Source of the DNA: Vicugna vicugna
Lineage: Eukaryota
DNA length: 64,000 nucleotides
NCBI GenBank assembly: GCA_013265495.1
Contig: MU057744.1
Span: 3,175,370-3,239,369, forward strand
Reading direction: 5' to 3'
The notes under the pieces were generated by a model that was not told the DNA's origin, searched no databases, and saw only the letters and a program-made list of their open reading frames with translations. The position numbers were made by a program, and so were the translations under genes. Numbering within the stretch: the first letter of the stretch is position 1; each line of letters begins with the position of its first letter. Positions 1 to 12,589 of the stretch are shown piece after piece.

Positions 1-2999
1 TGGGTCAGAGCAGCGGTCACGATGCTCTCAATCCTGTGGGTGAGCGAGGAACCCGGGCTCCAGCGCTGCTGGAGGGTCCAGTCCCTGAGGCACTAAGTTT
101 CAGGAGCGGACAGGGCAGGGCACGAGAGGTGGACTGAGGACACTGAGGACATTGTATTCCGCTTCCGCAGGGCCTTACACACCCTGGCTGGGCCTCCCGC
201 TTGCTTGCCCCTCCATGCAGTGACCCATGGGCATGGAGCCTTGCAGACTTCTCCCCAGACTGCCACCCAGTCAGGGCCCCAATGTCATACTGTTCCCAGG
301 GGCAAAGGGAGTCGATAGTTTGGCAGTGACAATGTCATAAGATTGATGCTCCAGCACAGCTACCGAGGTTTATTAAATGTTAGTCCTTCATAGTTGCATC
401 ATTCACCCAGCAGCACACGTTGGCATCAGTGCATTTTTAGGCAGAGTGCCCAAGTTAGGGTGTGTCTGTGCTGTGGTGGGTCGTTACACCGGGGGCCGTG
501 GGACCGTGCGCCCTGCGGCTCCGACACAGCCTTCTTCCTTTTCTCCAGTGCCCGACACAAAGCCGGTTACTTGTTTGAGGGCGGTGGAGACCTTTTCTCT
601 CAAGATGATTGCACAGTGACTGTGTTTTGACCACAGAGGAAACCACTGAAGTCTTTCCTTTAGGCTCCAACGGCTGCATCCCTGTAGATGGTGCGCTTCC
701 CATCAGAAGGGAGAACTAAGGTGTCCTCAGAAAGTTGTCATCAAAAAAGACACCCTCTGACATACTGTGTGATTTTACTCAGAGTTTTGAAATAAGTCAG
801 GAAATGCAAACTGCTTTGAAGCTGAGTGGAAACTTGGGTCCTGTCAGCACTCCTTGTGCACAGCATAGCCAACTCCGACTTTGCACTGGTGGCAACTTTC
901 GCTTAGTATGCGCCTGGTAGTGCTTCACTGTTGACACTGTGAAAAGTTCAAGGAACTGCATTAAGACGAAAACGTGCGTGCGGCGTCCCGGCCATGGAGA
1001 CCAGCACAGGTGGTGTGAGCACAGCTACGTATGTATCGAGTCAGTGCCTGGGGCCTAGCTGCCTGCTTCACCCTCGGGGCCTGGTTCGCCCCAGTAATGT
1101 CGGTGCAGAGTTCTCCGCGTTTAAGGGAACAGACGACACTGTCAGCTTCCCTTAAACATTTCTTTTCGGGGGAAATGGAGACAGAACACACAGAGCAGCC
1201 CCAGCCCACACACACCGAGCACCCCTGGAGGCAGCACAGGGCTGTGCCTCTTAGTGCGATGCCTTCATGTTTCCTTCGGGATCGAGACGGATTGTGTACC
1301 GTTCTCTGCGGTGAACAGTGCTGTCATAGGCCACAGGTGGTTTTCATGCCATTTTAAGAATTCCTTTGAAAGGATTCAGGCAGTGATGGCCCTAATGTTT
1401 AGGGCTCTGCATTAGGACAGGCAAAGCTTTTCAAATACGATAAAGCCCTTCCGAAATTCTTTGTATCTGTGAGTGCATAGGATCTGGACAGAGGAAGATT
1501 AAAATCTCTCTGAAATCCACGGCATTGCCACCAGGTGGAACAGTTATTGAAAGGGAAATTAATAGTGTCTGAAATGAACGTTGGGTTAAGCGTACTTCAT
1601 TTTGCGTTTTCTACTCTTTTTTCACTTGCCATTAACTCTCTTTAATCACAGAGGTTCCCTAAATTGATTAGGATTCATTTACAGAAAAACTAATGTAAAA
1701 ACTAAATGTATCCTCTGCTTATTATATGGCAGACACAGTATGGCTGTTGAACTGATAGTGAAGATTTGTATTATGTTAATGCATCAGATGGCTCCCAAAT
1801 TATATGTTTGTCATATGTATTTAATATTAAATCAGGCTTTTCCTTATTCCCATAATTTCTCTAGCATTTTGTGTTGACTTTTGAGAGTTAACATTTTGGA
1901 ACAAAAGATATATTCTTCCAGGATCCTCCATGCTTGGACCATATTAAACTTTAATAAATATTTGTGAAATGAATGATGAATAATTCAAATGCGTTTTACT
2001 TTTAGACACAAGCAGATGAAATTATACTAAAGCTAGGAGCTGACTTAGTCAATGAGCTAGATGTGTAAAATAATGACCAGTAAAAATGGTGATTCATCAG
2101 ATCAGAGATCATATCTGGTATGCTCCGTGGAAACAGAGGGGGGATGGGCATCATTTTTAAAGGATTTAGACAAAGTCAAATGGCCAGAAAATCTAATATT
2201 CTGGTGAGCAGCTCATCCTGATTTCATTAAGGCCATTCATTTCCCTCTTCTCCTTACCAATATTTCATCTTTGAAATCTCTTTTTCCCCTATATATGTTA
2301 AGGAGACATTCTAGTCTAACGACTCCTGATTGAGGTGCCTTTAAGAACTTTGCTGGAGGCACGTGGGACATGAAGAGGTAAAGGACTCAGCGTCTCTGTA
2401 AGAACTAGTTGGGTACAGAAGCAGCTGCACTTGTGAGTAATTGAATAGAGTTGAATGCTGTCCGATCAGGCCGTTTGCTACCCAGGCCGACTCTCTGGGA
2501 AGTCCTTGCGTCTTTCCTAAGCCTTCATCAACTTGTCTATCAAACCTCCTTCTGTCTTGGCAAGGCTCAAGCCCAGTTAAAGTCTGTGTGTTTTACTTTG
2601 CTTCACGTCTGCATTTTAGAAAAAGCATAGATGGTCCAGGTAGATGTGGCGGGCTTACCAGCCAGCAGTAATATAAGCCCTTATACATGAAATTGCTTTT
2701 CTCAGCAGTTGTGACATTTCACTTTGAAATTAAACTGCGTTCTTCGTATGACAACATAATGTGCCTCAGGGGGTAAGTAATGTCATATATTTAGGGTCTC
2801 CGACTTGTATTCCCATATTGGAGAGGTGTTGAAAACAAATTGTTTCACTCGATCTGATTATTAGTAATATGGGCAGTAATGACTTTCATCGCAAGTATTC
2901 TGAAATTAAGAACTTCCTTGTATTTAACTCAGCCATCTTAATGTCCAAACATATTTTTCTTTACATTTTTTCCTTTAAACATTTTCATCCTCTACCATT

Positions 3000-3340
3000 T
3001 GTTTTAATTGATGTGTCTGTACTCTGCTTTTTTTTACAAAAAAATTAGACAGGTTATATCAAGAATAAAGCATAACAGTTATGCATGAAACAGAAAGTCA
3101 AGACAGGACAGGTGTGAGTAAGGCTGGCGAACCAGAAGAGAAGTGAGCGCGGGTCACGGGGAGCGGCTCCCGGGCCGCGGCTGCTGCCGCTGGTCCTCAG
3201 GCTCGGCTCTGACTCCTGGGGGCTGAGGCGGCGCTTGTTAGGCGGCTCTGTGGGCTGGCCTCATTCTGCACGGAGAGAAATCACACCCCCGGCGCAGGGC
3301 GGGGCGGAGCACCGGTGACCCGCGGGGCCCGGGGCTCTCG
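3000..3340 (-). mobile_element. Ancient L4 (RTE-X) LINE 3' fragment, GC-shifted in its distal half
   Basis: Segments 'ctgtactctgc...aaattagacaggttat' and 'ggtcctcaggctcggctctgactcctgg' are colinear with the L4 consensus as I recall it (..GGGCCACAAATTTGGCTCTGAGCTTCCTAGC..). Not verified by a search. Confidence 0.45.
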
Positions 3341-3480
3341 GCTGAGCAGCGCAGGCCCGCGTCTGCCGCGGCCCCTTCGTGTTCGTGGTTGTCGTCTGGC
3401 TTCAGCCGCCGGCTGAGCGAAAACCGCTGAAGTCGGCGTTTCATGCGCTGAATTCCACCGGCCTTGGAACGTCAGTGGGC
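3120..3480. other. Short CpG-rich GC peak (CpG-island-like)
   Basis: Abrupt switch from AT-rich flanks to CG-dense sequence (cgggccgcggctgctgccgc, gggcggggcggagc). Confidence 0.75.
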
Positions 3481-4860
3481 CCAGGGGTCTTGATCTTGTT
3501 TTCCGTTTTCTACCTCTGTCAACACTAAATTTTAAACGATGTTTTATGAAATCAAGTAGAAGCTATAGTTTCAAAATTGTTGTCTAGGGTCTCATAAAAG
3601 TGGGGATAGTTTTACTGATTAAAATTCTGCAGTTTATTTCACTTGGCATAAAATTGTGTTTGCCTAACACTTTATTATGTTGGCTACTACTGGATATATG
3701 AATTTTTAATTTTGGTACTCTTTAAGCTTTTGAAGAAAAACAAGTTTTATATTTTCTTTGATAGAGACCATTGAACAAAGAGAACTAAAGTGCTACTAAT
3801 TTTCCTAAATAGCAGCTTGTTGGACTCATGGCACAAACTTTGTATCATTGTCCTACTCTCGAAACCTGCCCCATTTTAAACGTTCTATCAGAGTAGCGTA
3901 AACTCTGTATGTGTATTCCCCATTAACTTAATCCTCTGCAATTTGAAAATTGTTATGATGAATCCTCATGAAAGCATGGCACCCAATTTAATCATTTTCA
4001 AAAGAATAAAAGGGCACCATAGTTTGCAGGTGACATACTATAAGATAAAGAGAGCTAGGAATGCCTACACATGAATTCCAGCCTGAAGAGACTGAAGACT
4101 TACTTTCAATATGGAAAACCAGTAGAGGCAGATCTGTGAGAGAAGATGAGTTATCAGTGAAACAGCTCTCTCCTTCTGGTGAATTAAATTGTATAGCTAG
4201 AGAGATGTACAGCTTATATTAATGTATATTTATGTGTTATATTAACATACAACTTATTTCCAAATACTGCATAAGAACCTGCACACAGTGTTAATAGCAG
4301 CAAATGGAACCAAGCAATGAGTGGCCAAAGTCTCAACTTACATTCATGTTCTTCTTCCAGAAGTTACCTGTGACTTCGAGCATATTCTTAACTTCCGGTT
4401 GCAATACATTTATTTCCTGTTTAGAAAAAAAGATAAAGAAATCTGAGAGTCTGAAAGTTGTAAACAAAATATCATCATGGTGATGCTTAAAGTTGTCCTT
4501 TTGGGACATATTTTCAACTAATGAAGACCATTTTAAACTAAACTGATTATTTGTACGCTGCAAAGCAATGAACACCACTGGCTCTCCCCTTTTAATCTGC
4601 GGGACCACCTCATGTTTACAAGGTACTGCCATGATCCGGTCCCTGTGTGAGCCCCCTAGCACGTATGGTTACCTCGGGATATCCTGTTTAGTCTTCAGAG
4701 CAGCCCTGCGAGAGAAGTAATACCCTCACTTTACAAATAGCAAAGAAAAATGTATTACAGAAAAACTGTGTCATAAGTAATTTCTGTCTGCCTTCTAAGA
4801 AGGATAAACCCGGATACCAGAACTTTTCCTTTCTTAATTCAAAGCCCTTTTCCTCTAAAT

Positions 4861-4915
4861 CAGTGCTTCTCAACCAGGGTGAATTTGTCCCCCAGCAGAC
4901 ATTGGTGCCTGGAGC
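4861..4915 (+). mobile_element. MER20 (hAT-Charlie) terminal fragment
   Basis: cagtgcttctcaaccagggtgaatttgtcccccag matches the recalled MER20 start CAGTGGTTCTCAACCGGGGGCGATTTTGCCCCCCAG. Confidence 0.55.
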
Positions 4916-4924
4916 TCACTGAAC

Positions 4925-5165
4925 CCCCTTTCCTGCCAAATTTGTGTTCATCTTCAAGACTCAGTTCGTTGATCTTTGCTGTGGGCAGAGTTAGGTTGGC
5001 CCTATTCCTGCCCCAGTCCCTACCTTGATGGTTACCCGACCCTTACCGCTCTGCACGGTAAGGGACCCGTTTCCTTGATAACGTCCCCACCCCCGTCACA
5101 TCATCGAAATATGCCTAGCGGCAGTGCAAAGTACTGACGTGCTTCCCTGCGTGTTGAATAAACGC
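4925..5165 (+). mobile_element. L2 3' end fragment
   Basis: 'tcatcttcaagactcag' ... 'gtgttgaataaa', typical of an L2 terminus. Confidence 0.5.
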
Positions 5166-5718
5166 TAGGCGACTCACGAACCCCTCTTGACTCATCTTTC
5201 TCCTGAAGCTCGGGAGATGATGCAGCACAGTAACTTGCCCAACGTTCTGGAGCGTCCAGAAAGATGAGCAGTGCGTTTCATTAGCTTGGCTTTCCCCGCC
5301 CACCCTTGTTTGGTTGGAAAAAAGTCCAAATAGGGAAAAATATAATGTATTATAACACCTTTGAAAGATGTAGTATCATTCAAATTCCTCTTGATTTGTT
5401 AACATAAGTACTTAGGAAAAAAAAGTTAAGATAGTGTAATAGTCTCTTAAGAAAAAAAGCTGTTACTCTAGGTCAAATATCCATTCTTTCAAAAGATTTG
5501 TGTTGATTGCCTAATATGTGCTGGGTTACCTACAACATTTTTTTTTTACTAATACTATATTTTAATAATTATAGTAATTTTGGGGAAAATTAATGAGATG
5601 TGAGATGTGTCTTCTAATGCCCAAGAATAATTGATTCACTTTTGCTAAGAAAATATCTATACATTTTGTTTGATCTATGACTTTAAATTTATTTGTTAAT
5701 GAACTTTTTTAATGGAAG

Positions 5719-5780
5719 CCGATGCTATCCGGGTAACCCTGGGACTGGATTCAGAGATTATTCATCAGTATGGTTTACGA
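5719..5780 (+). other. Candidate internal exon of an unidentified host gene (donor uncertain)
   Basis: GC/CpG-containing island in AT-rich non-repeat DNA. Weak acceptor (ttttttaatggaag|). Possible donors after 5767 (GTATGG), 5772 (GTTTAC) or 5780 (GTGAGA). Two open frames: xDAIRVTLGLDSEIIHQYGLR and RCYPGNPGTGFRDYSSVWFT. Confidence 0.3.
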
Positions 5781-6442
5781 GTGAGAATATTTCAGAGCAG
5801 TAACATCACTTAGTACTATCTCAGCACCGTCTTTCTGAGTAAATTGGGTTATATTTATACTTAGATATACTTTAAAAAATCGATTCACTGCATAGTTAAA
5901 TCCATTCTAAGTTTCCAACTCTTTAATATGGAACAAGAAACAAAGTTGTGGTCTTAATATCATAACATTATAGAAACCTGCCTTTACTAATATAAACGAG
6001 ACCTATTTTAACCAGGTGCACCCAGGAAATACGTGCGTTAGACTATATAACTACCTTTCTACCACCACCAGACACTGTGGTTGTGAATGCATCATGCTGT
6101 GTGTGCTGGGTGCTTCATAGTAATCACAGAACTCTGTTTTCAAAGTAGTTGCCAGCCTGAGAACAAAACTGGGGAGTTTGGTACCTTCTTTTACTTTAAA
6201 AAAAATGTTGCAGTGTTTTTCACTGATCTACTTGCAGAAGGGACTAATCTAAATGTATTCGTGTATGGGTAATAGTGTATTGAAGTAGTATAAACTCTGT
6301 GTGTGTATTTCCCATCAGCTTAAGTGCATTGTTTTGATTTTTTCCCCCAAATATTTTACCATACTGATTTTCAACAAAGATCTAATGACCTTTGTTAAAC
6401 TTTACTGAAACTGCGTCATCTATATCGTATTTGGTATTTTAG

Positions 6443-6490
6443 ACGCTGTCTGTTATAATGCTAAGATTGCTGAAGTGTACGAAGCACATG
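6443..6490 (+). CDS. Candidate 48-nt internal exon, coding status unproven (phase 1: xAVCYNAKIAEVYEAH; phase 0: TLSVIMLRLLKCTKHM)
   Basis: Acceptor tttggtattttag|, donor ATG|GTGCGT, length divisible by 3, two open frames, non-repeat flanks. Confidence 0.4.
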
Positions 6491-6599
6491 GTGCGTGTTC
6501 CTTTGTGTGCGTGCGCATCTCCCTTGAAGACTGGCAGCGCTTCTTGTGTCTGTGGGCTACCAGTACTCCTCTATAGCAAGTAGCATTGTTAGTAGGTGG

Positions 6600-6830
6600 G
6601 GGCATAAGCTTTGCACCAGCAGCTCTGGAGTCAGTCCTAAATTAACACTTGTCATTTGAGTTTCACTATCTCTTGATTTATCTTAGCCTCTGCTTTCCCA
6701 TTTATTCTGCCAGTGAAGATGGTCAGGCCCCTTTCATGGACAGACTGTTGAAAGGCTTCAAAGAGACAATGAGACGGTGTACAGAGGGCGTGCATGGCGT
6801 GGTGGGAGCGCAGATAATGGCGGTGGTAAC
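6600..6830 (+). mobile_element. MIR SINE
   Basis: 'ctctggagtcag', 'cttagcctctgctttcccattta' and a MIR-like tail. Confidence 0.55.
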
Positions 6831-8514
6831 GCAGGCTCACAGAGAGCCCTAGAGTCCAGCTTTCTCTCAGAGGGAGGGGCAAAGGGAAGAGGGATGCCCC
6901 CTTTGGTGTGAAGCGCGTGTCGGGGCCGGGGCGCCCCTCCAGGCCAGCACAGAGCCTGAGCTTTGCCTCCTCTGTGTTCCAATGCACTGTAAGCATTCTA
7001 GAAACAGGAGTAAATAAATGCATTTAAAGAAAGTCTTGACAACTTAGTGAGTTTAAAGAATTCCTGTGGAGAACTGAAGTCACGGGCAAGCACACCAAGA
7101 GTGCACCGCACTCGTGTGGCAGGACGTCGTCTTTTGCTCAGGCCCTGCTGCTCTCTCCTGCAGGCACGTCTCCTGTCTTACTTGTCTGCGTGTTGCCAGC
7201 CCTTACCAGAGTGCCTAGTGTAGACACTCTGCATGTGATTGTTCCATAGCTGAATAAGCAAAGAGACCAACTTGGAAAACTGAGAATTAAGTTTTAATTA
7301 AAATGTTTTTAATTTTAAAAAGATGTTATATTTTTATTATTATTTTGCCACTAACATTTTGGAAAGAATGTATGACTTTGAATAGGTTTTTATCTCAGAG
7401 TCTGCCTTACTGCATTTTTTCCTACATTCAGTCTAAAATTCTGTAGTTACTTTAAGTCTTCTCTAAGTTTTTTCTTTTTTCTTTTTCTTTTCTTTTTTTG
7501 TTTATAAACAACTGGACTTTGCTCAATATTGAAAAAAATCCTTTTCTGAAGACTCTTATTGAAATACTATAAAACTATTGAAGTGTACTAAACTAATAGA
7601 AAGTCAAGACTTGTAGATTTTCATTTGTTTTGGTTTGTAAGTAGTATATAAGTCAAATTCAGGTAGCAACGTGTTGATAGTGGTGTTTTGAAGAATCCAT
7701 GTTACAAGGTGAGAAAAGAATGGTACTCAATGATTTATAACAACTTTCAGTAACACAGACACTTCTAAAGTCCTTTCGGTCACTTTGTGTTCTTAGGACA
7801 GTTAACTTGGCACTGAAATCTTACTCCCTTGTCTTTAACAGTCAAATGAAAGACTGTATCACTCTGGTCCCAGCATTGGATTAAGTCAAAATTACAGATT
7901 TAGCTCAAAGAATAAAGGTTGAAGATATGTTTAAAAGATACTGTTTTTATATGTATTACTGCTATATTTGTTTTAAAATAATGTGAACCTCACCAGTTGT
8001 CTCCATGGGAGCTTTTAGTAACAATCAGAGTGAAAATGTGATTTGTTTGAATTTAACTAATTTGTTTTGTTGAAAAATACAGAATGAGATTCTCTCAGTT
8101 TATTACATTTTTAGAGGAGGATTCCGCATTGAAGTGTCACAAATTCTAGCTGCAGGAGGAATGACAAGTAATAAAATTTTAATGGGGCCAATTGTCTGTC
8201 TCCTTGGCTTTGAGCGCTTCCTTTGTACACAGAGATTTACATTCAAGCTTAGGCTGGGTAAACATTCCCATAAAATGGTGATAAGAACGTGAATAAAAAT
8301 GTAAATTTCTCTGATTAGAGTATTTTCTAATAAGAGTGAAGAAATTATAAAATAGCAAGGCTCATGAATTAGATTTTGAAAACGCTGCACATTGAGAACA
8401 TAAAGCTGATCCCCAAGCACAGGGAAGTTCTTTGTATTTAGATTCCTGTACTTAATCAGCCTTGCACTCTGTCTTCAAAAGAGTATGATTCCTCTCTCTG
8501 AGAGACCCTAAAAC

Positions 8515-9510
8515 TGGGGTGTTCACTGACTGCGTTCTCTAAGCCAGACGTTCTTTCAGGCACCGAGGCTGTGACAGCAGATCACACAGGAAAGGCTGTG
8601 CCTGCACAGCGGTTATGTTCTAGTAAGAGGCACATAGAAAGCACATGTGTAAATATAACGTGTTGGAGAAATCAGTCTTTTTAAATGATTGTGAGCAACA
8701 GAGAATCCTGGCAGTAAGGGTCTGGGGATGTGCAGTGTCTCTTTATAGAGAGCGTTCAGGAAAGCCCTTCTCAGTAAGGTCACACTGGAAGAGAGGCTGG
8801 AAGGAGCTGGGCAGGGGAACCAGCATTAACAAAGGCCCTCCAGTTGGGGCGTCGCCGGAGGGACAGGGAGAAGCCCTGGAGCCTGGAATAGGGAGCAGGA
8901 AGACGGTGAGAAGATGGAGTTAAGACGGAGGTTGGTGGAGGAGGGGCAGATCACACAAGGCCAAGCTGACCAAGTAAGGACCTTGAGTTCTCTACTCACT
9001 GACCCAGGAAGCCATTGGAAGACTTTGCGCCTTAAGGGAGGAAACTTTTTCTTCTGCCCTTCTAGGTTCTTTTGGCTGGTCTAGTAATTAAATGACATAA
9101 GACAGGTTAACAGGAGAAAAACTTAATTTTGTGTACATGGGAATCTCACAAAGACATGAGAGACTCCCAGTCAGGCACTCGGGAGAAGACAGTGGGGTCC
9201 GGGGCTCAGAGGGAAGGAAGACCGTGCGCGGGAAGGAGAGAGGAGCGCGTGTGTGGGCGCCGGGCGGAGGCAGTGGGACACGGGGGCTCTGACCAGCAGG
9301 CCCTGCCTGCCCCCCCGCGCCCCCGCCCCAGCAGCACGGGCTCTTCCCAGTTATCCCTGCCGGTGGCTCAGCCGTCCGCAAGCCCAGGTGGCACATTCTG
9401 GGGCGGCCTGCCCGGAGCCCCGTCGCAGCAACGGAGTGACCTAATCTCAGGGTTTTTTAGGAGGATCATTCTGGCTTTTGTGTGAAGAAGAACAGGTAGG
9501 GGAAGGCTTG
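8515..9510 (-). mobile_element. L2 fragment interrupted by an LTR at about 9030-9424
   Basis: L2 motif 'ggaagccattggaagactttg' stops near 9028 and resumes near 9425 as 'gcagcaacggagtgacctaatct...aggatcattctggct'. Confidence 0.7.
9030..9424 (-). mobile_element. Solo ERV1-type LTR (MER4/MER41/LTR39-group-like)
   Basis: 'gtaattaaatgacataagacaggttaacaggagaaaaac' at one end and 'ggtggcacattctggggcggc...gccccgtc' at the other. Splits a colinear L2. Subfamily not determined. Confidence 0.6.
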
Positions 9511-10374
9511 CATCCCCTGAGCACCGGGAGAGAGCAGGGGCAGAGGTGAGCATTTCCCTTCCCCACGCAGCCTCCCGGCCAGCTCGACGCCGAGGGCGCC
9601 CTTCCTCGAAGAGGGGGAGGGGGTGTGGGTGTGTGAGGAGCAGCCCTCCTGTCCCTCCTGGAGGGGGCGCCTGGGGTAGGGGGGCCGTCTGCGGAGAGAG
9701 CCGAGAGGGGGTCTGCGCCCGGGGACTGAGGTGCCTGGCCGAACTCCCAGGGAAACGTCTGGGAGGGGCAGACAGGAGCCTGGGAGCTGTCTGGTTGGAG
9801 AAGACTTGGTGGTGCTCCCTGTTATTAAAGTCCTGAGAATGAGAACACGTGGAGGGGGAAGAGACTAGAACCCGGCTGGTGCTTCTGAGCGCCTGCGTGG
9901 CCCTGAAAACACTCAAAGGGTCACCCAGCCCTCAGGGGCGACGAGGGGCTGTTGGGTGGGTGCTTCTTTTGTTCCGAAGTCCTTGCATTTTCTTTTTGCC
10001 ATAACATTCACATTCCAGCTTGTTTCTCCAACTTAATGTGAAAGCCAGTTTTTTGGAGATATAGTACTTGTAATTCCTAAATTGATCCCAGCTTGGCAAA
10101 ATAATCCCCCAAAGAAAGGGCTATATTAACATAAATTGAGCAGATTTCATGCAAAAGTACTTTCTCATCTTAAAAAAAAAAAACAACACAAAAATAGGAC
10201 TCTGTTTCTTAAAAGTTAATCCTTATATGGAAATTCACAATAAGCAGTTTTTTACCTGCTTGGGAAAAGGACCATTGTTGGAAAGAGTTGCATATAGTTG
10301 TTTTTGTTAGTATTCCTAAAATTCAAAATGTTCGTGTGACAGGTAGTGGCTGAAATTAAAAAAATTAAAAAAAA

Positions 10375-10390
10375 TATATATATATATATA
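10375..10390. repeat. (TA)8 microsatellite following an A-tract
   Basis: Read directly from the sequence. Confidence 0.9.
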
Positions 10391-12589
10391 TTCTCATTCA
10401 TCTGCTCATAACAAAATACCCAAATATATATAAATCCAAGTGAAAGGAACCCAGAGAGTTGAAGGGAAACTGCAGTGTCTGAAGTTTTAGTAGTTACATG
10501 TTTGGACCCAGCTCAGAGCAGCCGAAAGAGCAGAAGCCCTTGGATAACAAATGGAGTGGTGTCCAGGTCCCAGAAAGCTGAGGACCAGCCTCGCTCAGGA
10601 GACTAGTCAGACTCAGATGGGTGTTGAGCCCTTGACTCTGGTCTAGAAGAAGCCCCCCCCCCAGGGTAGAAGAAGCCAGGGGGGAGTCCCGTTCAGGTGA
10701 CAGATCAGCCAGGGTCAAGCACTGGGCAGTGAGGGGGCTGAAGGGCAGGTTCCAGATTTCCAGAAAGCAGCTGGATTTCATTGTAAACCTGTAGGGACCC
10801 ATCTCTTTGTAAAGAGAGGCATTGGTAACTATGATGAAGGACTTTCAGAGGTTTTTATTATAAGAGTAATTTAAAAATATCATGGCTGTGACTTGTGTTT
10901 GCTCAGAGAATTTTTTGTTACTCAGTGTGTTGTTTGAACATTTCCTGGGTCTTATCAAAAAACAAAAAAAAAAAAAAAAAAGAAAAGGAAAATATTTTAA
11001 AGGTCAGAGGCTACAAGCTTTTCATCGTTTAGCCAAGAGACCTGGATAGTATAGTCGGTGTATTCAGTTTCATTTAGATAAAATGTCAGCCTGAGGGAGT
11101 AACCACTAAGCAGTTCTCTGAAGATGAATTGGAATGACGTGAGGCCATGTCCCTCATGTCTGCCTGAGATCGCATCATGTAGTAATTCATACATTTTAAG
11201 TTTTAAATATTGTTCCTATAGGAAAAGTAGTCAGTCGTAATTTTAAATGAACTCTGAATGTTTTATGTTGTATTAACCTTTTCTGTTGAGTCATGATAAT
11301 GTCTCCTAATTTGGAGGTGCATGTAAGGAGTGGAAGAATTGGCTCTCTCCATATTTTGGTGAGAAATAGCATGCCCAGCCTTAGGCTCAGGGCTTACAGC
11401 CCCCGAAGGCACACCACTTGAGGACTTTCCCTCAAGACCAAGTGTCTGGAAAGATCAGTTGTGAAGTAATGAAATCAAAGAGTACTTGTCTCAGTGTTTT
11501 GACAAGGATCCTGAGGCAAGAGACCCCAGGGGATGCAACTGTCTCAAAATGAATTAGCAATTTCAAATGTCACTAGGATCTTGTGTCAGTTCCCTCTAGG
11601 ATAGTTCCCTAGAATCTCTTCCAGGTTCTTTCTCTTGAATCTGAAAGGGGGCCACCTTTTAGACAACTTGAGCAAAACATTTAATATCTTCCAGATAAAT
11701 ATTCAGAGGCTGCAGTCAGTGGAGCAGGGGAAAAAGAATTGGTGCATCTTTCTTTTGAAGAAATTGGCCCTGTTGGTGATGATGATATTCATCTGCCAGA
11801 GAATTTTTGCATATGCATGGGCCAGGCAGTTCTGTGGGGCCAGTTGTTCTATGGGGTTTAAGAGAATTAAGGTTTAAATTCTAGTTAGAGATGTTTTATA
11901 TGTCAGAAATAATTGAAGGCTTGTGGTTAGTTACAATTTTGAAAGACAGACTCTCCTCGAATAAGAAAAAGCATATAAGATGGAGTAAGAAACTGTTGTG
12001 CCTCTTTGTTTTGAAATTTTGCTGGCTGTTTTCAAAAACAGTAAAATAATCCTGCTGTTATGCTCAGTATTGATGAGGCCCTAATGAGTCCATTGGTTCC
12101 ATAGCTCCAGAGGAGCGGGGGGACTCTGAAGGGGGTTTGAAGGATAATCACAAAGGTGAGTAGCAGAACGAAAGGCAGGAAAAGTGAGGAAAACCAAAGA
12201 GCTCGCCAAGAACTTCAGTGCTCTTCAAACTCACGAGTGGCTTCTTGAGAGAAGGTGGTGTTCGTATGTGCTCTCTTCCCGCACAAAACAGACAGCAGCC
12301 TCAGGCGCGAGGCTCGCCCACTGCAGGAAGAAGACAGTTCCCTGGCAGAGAAGCTCGGGAAATAGCACGACTGGGAACCAGAAGAAACCGTAAAGCTCAA
12401 CTGTTCAGAGAATTAGGACGAGAAGACATGTTTTCATCTGTATCTTGGCTTCATCAAATTCTGACCCAGATTGACTCCTTAGTCCTTGCCAGCCATGTCT
12501 GTGTGTTTGTTTGTGTACTTGGGAGAAATTCATCTTTAGTGTGTTTAAGAGTAGATCAGGGCATCAAATCCCACACGGTGTTTATATTC

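Noticed and set aside
1528..1541. CTCF-like motif ccaccaggtggaac (others near 681 and 45340)
   Set aside because: Partial matches at a frequency expected by chance in GC-rich DNA.
4361..4397. Good acceptor (gttcttcttccag) followed by EVTCDFEHILNF, reminiscent of a MAM-domain start
   Set aside because: No credible donor (GTTGCA) and the motif is too short to be meaningful.
8115..8167. Exon-like segment ttttag|...CAA|GTAATA encoding GGFRIEVSQILAAGGMT
   Set aside because: 53 nt with a weak donor; its only open frame is incompatible with both open frames of the 6443 exon. Could still be a non-coding exon.
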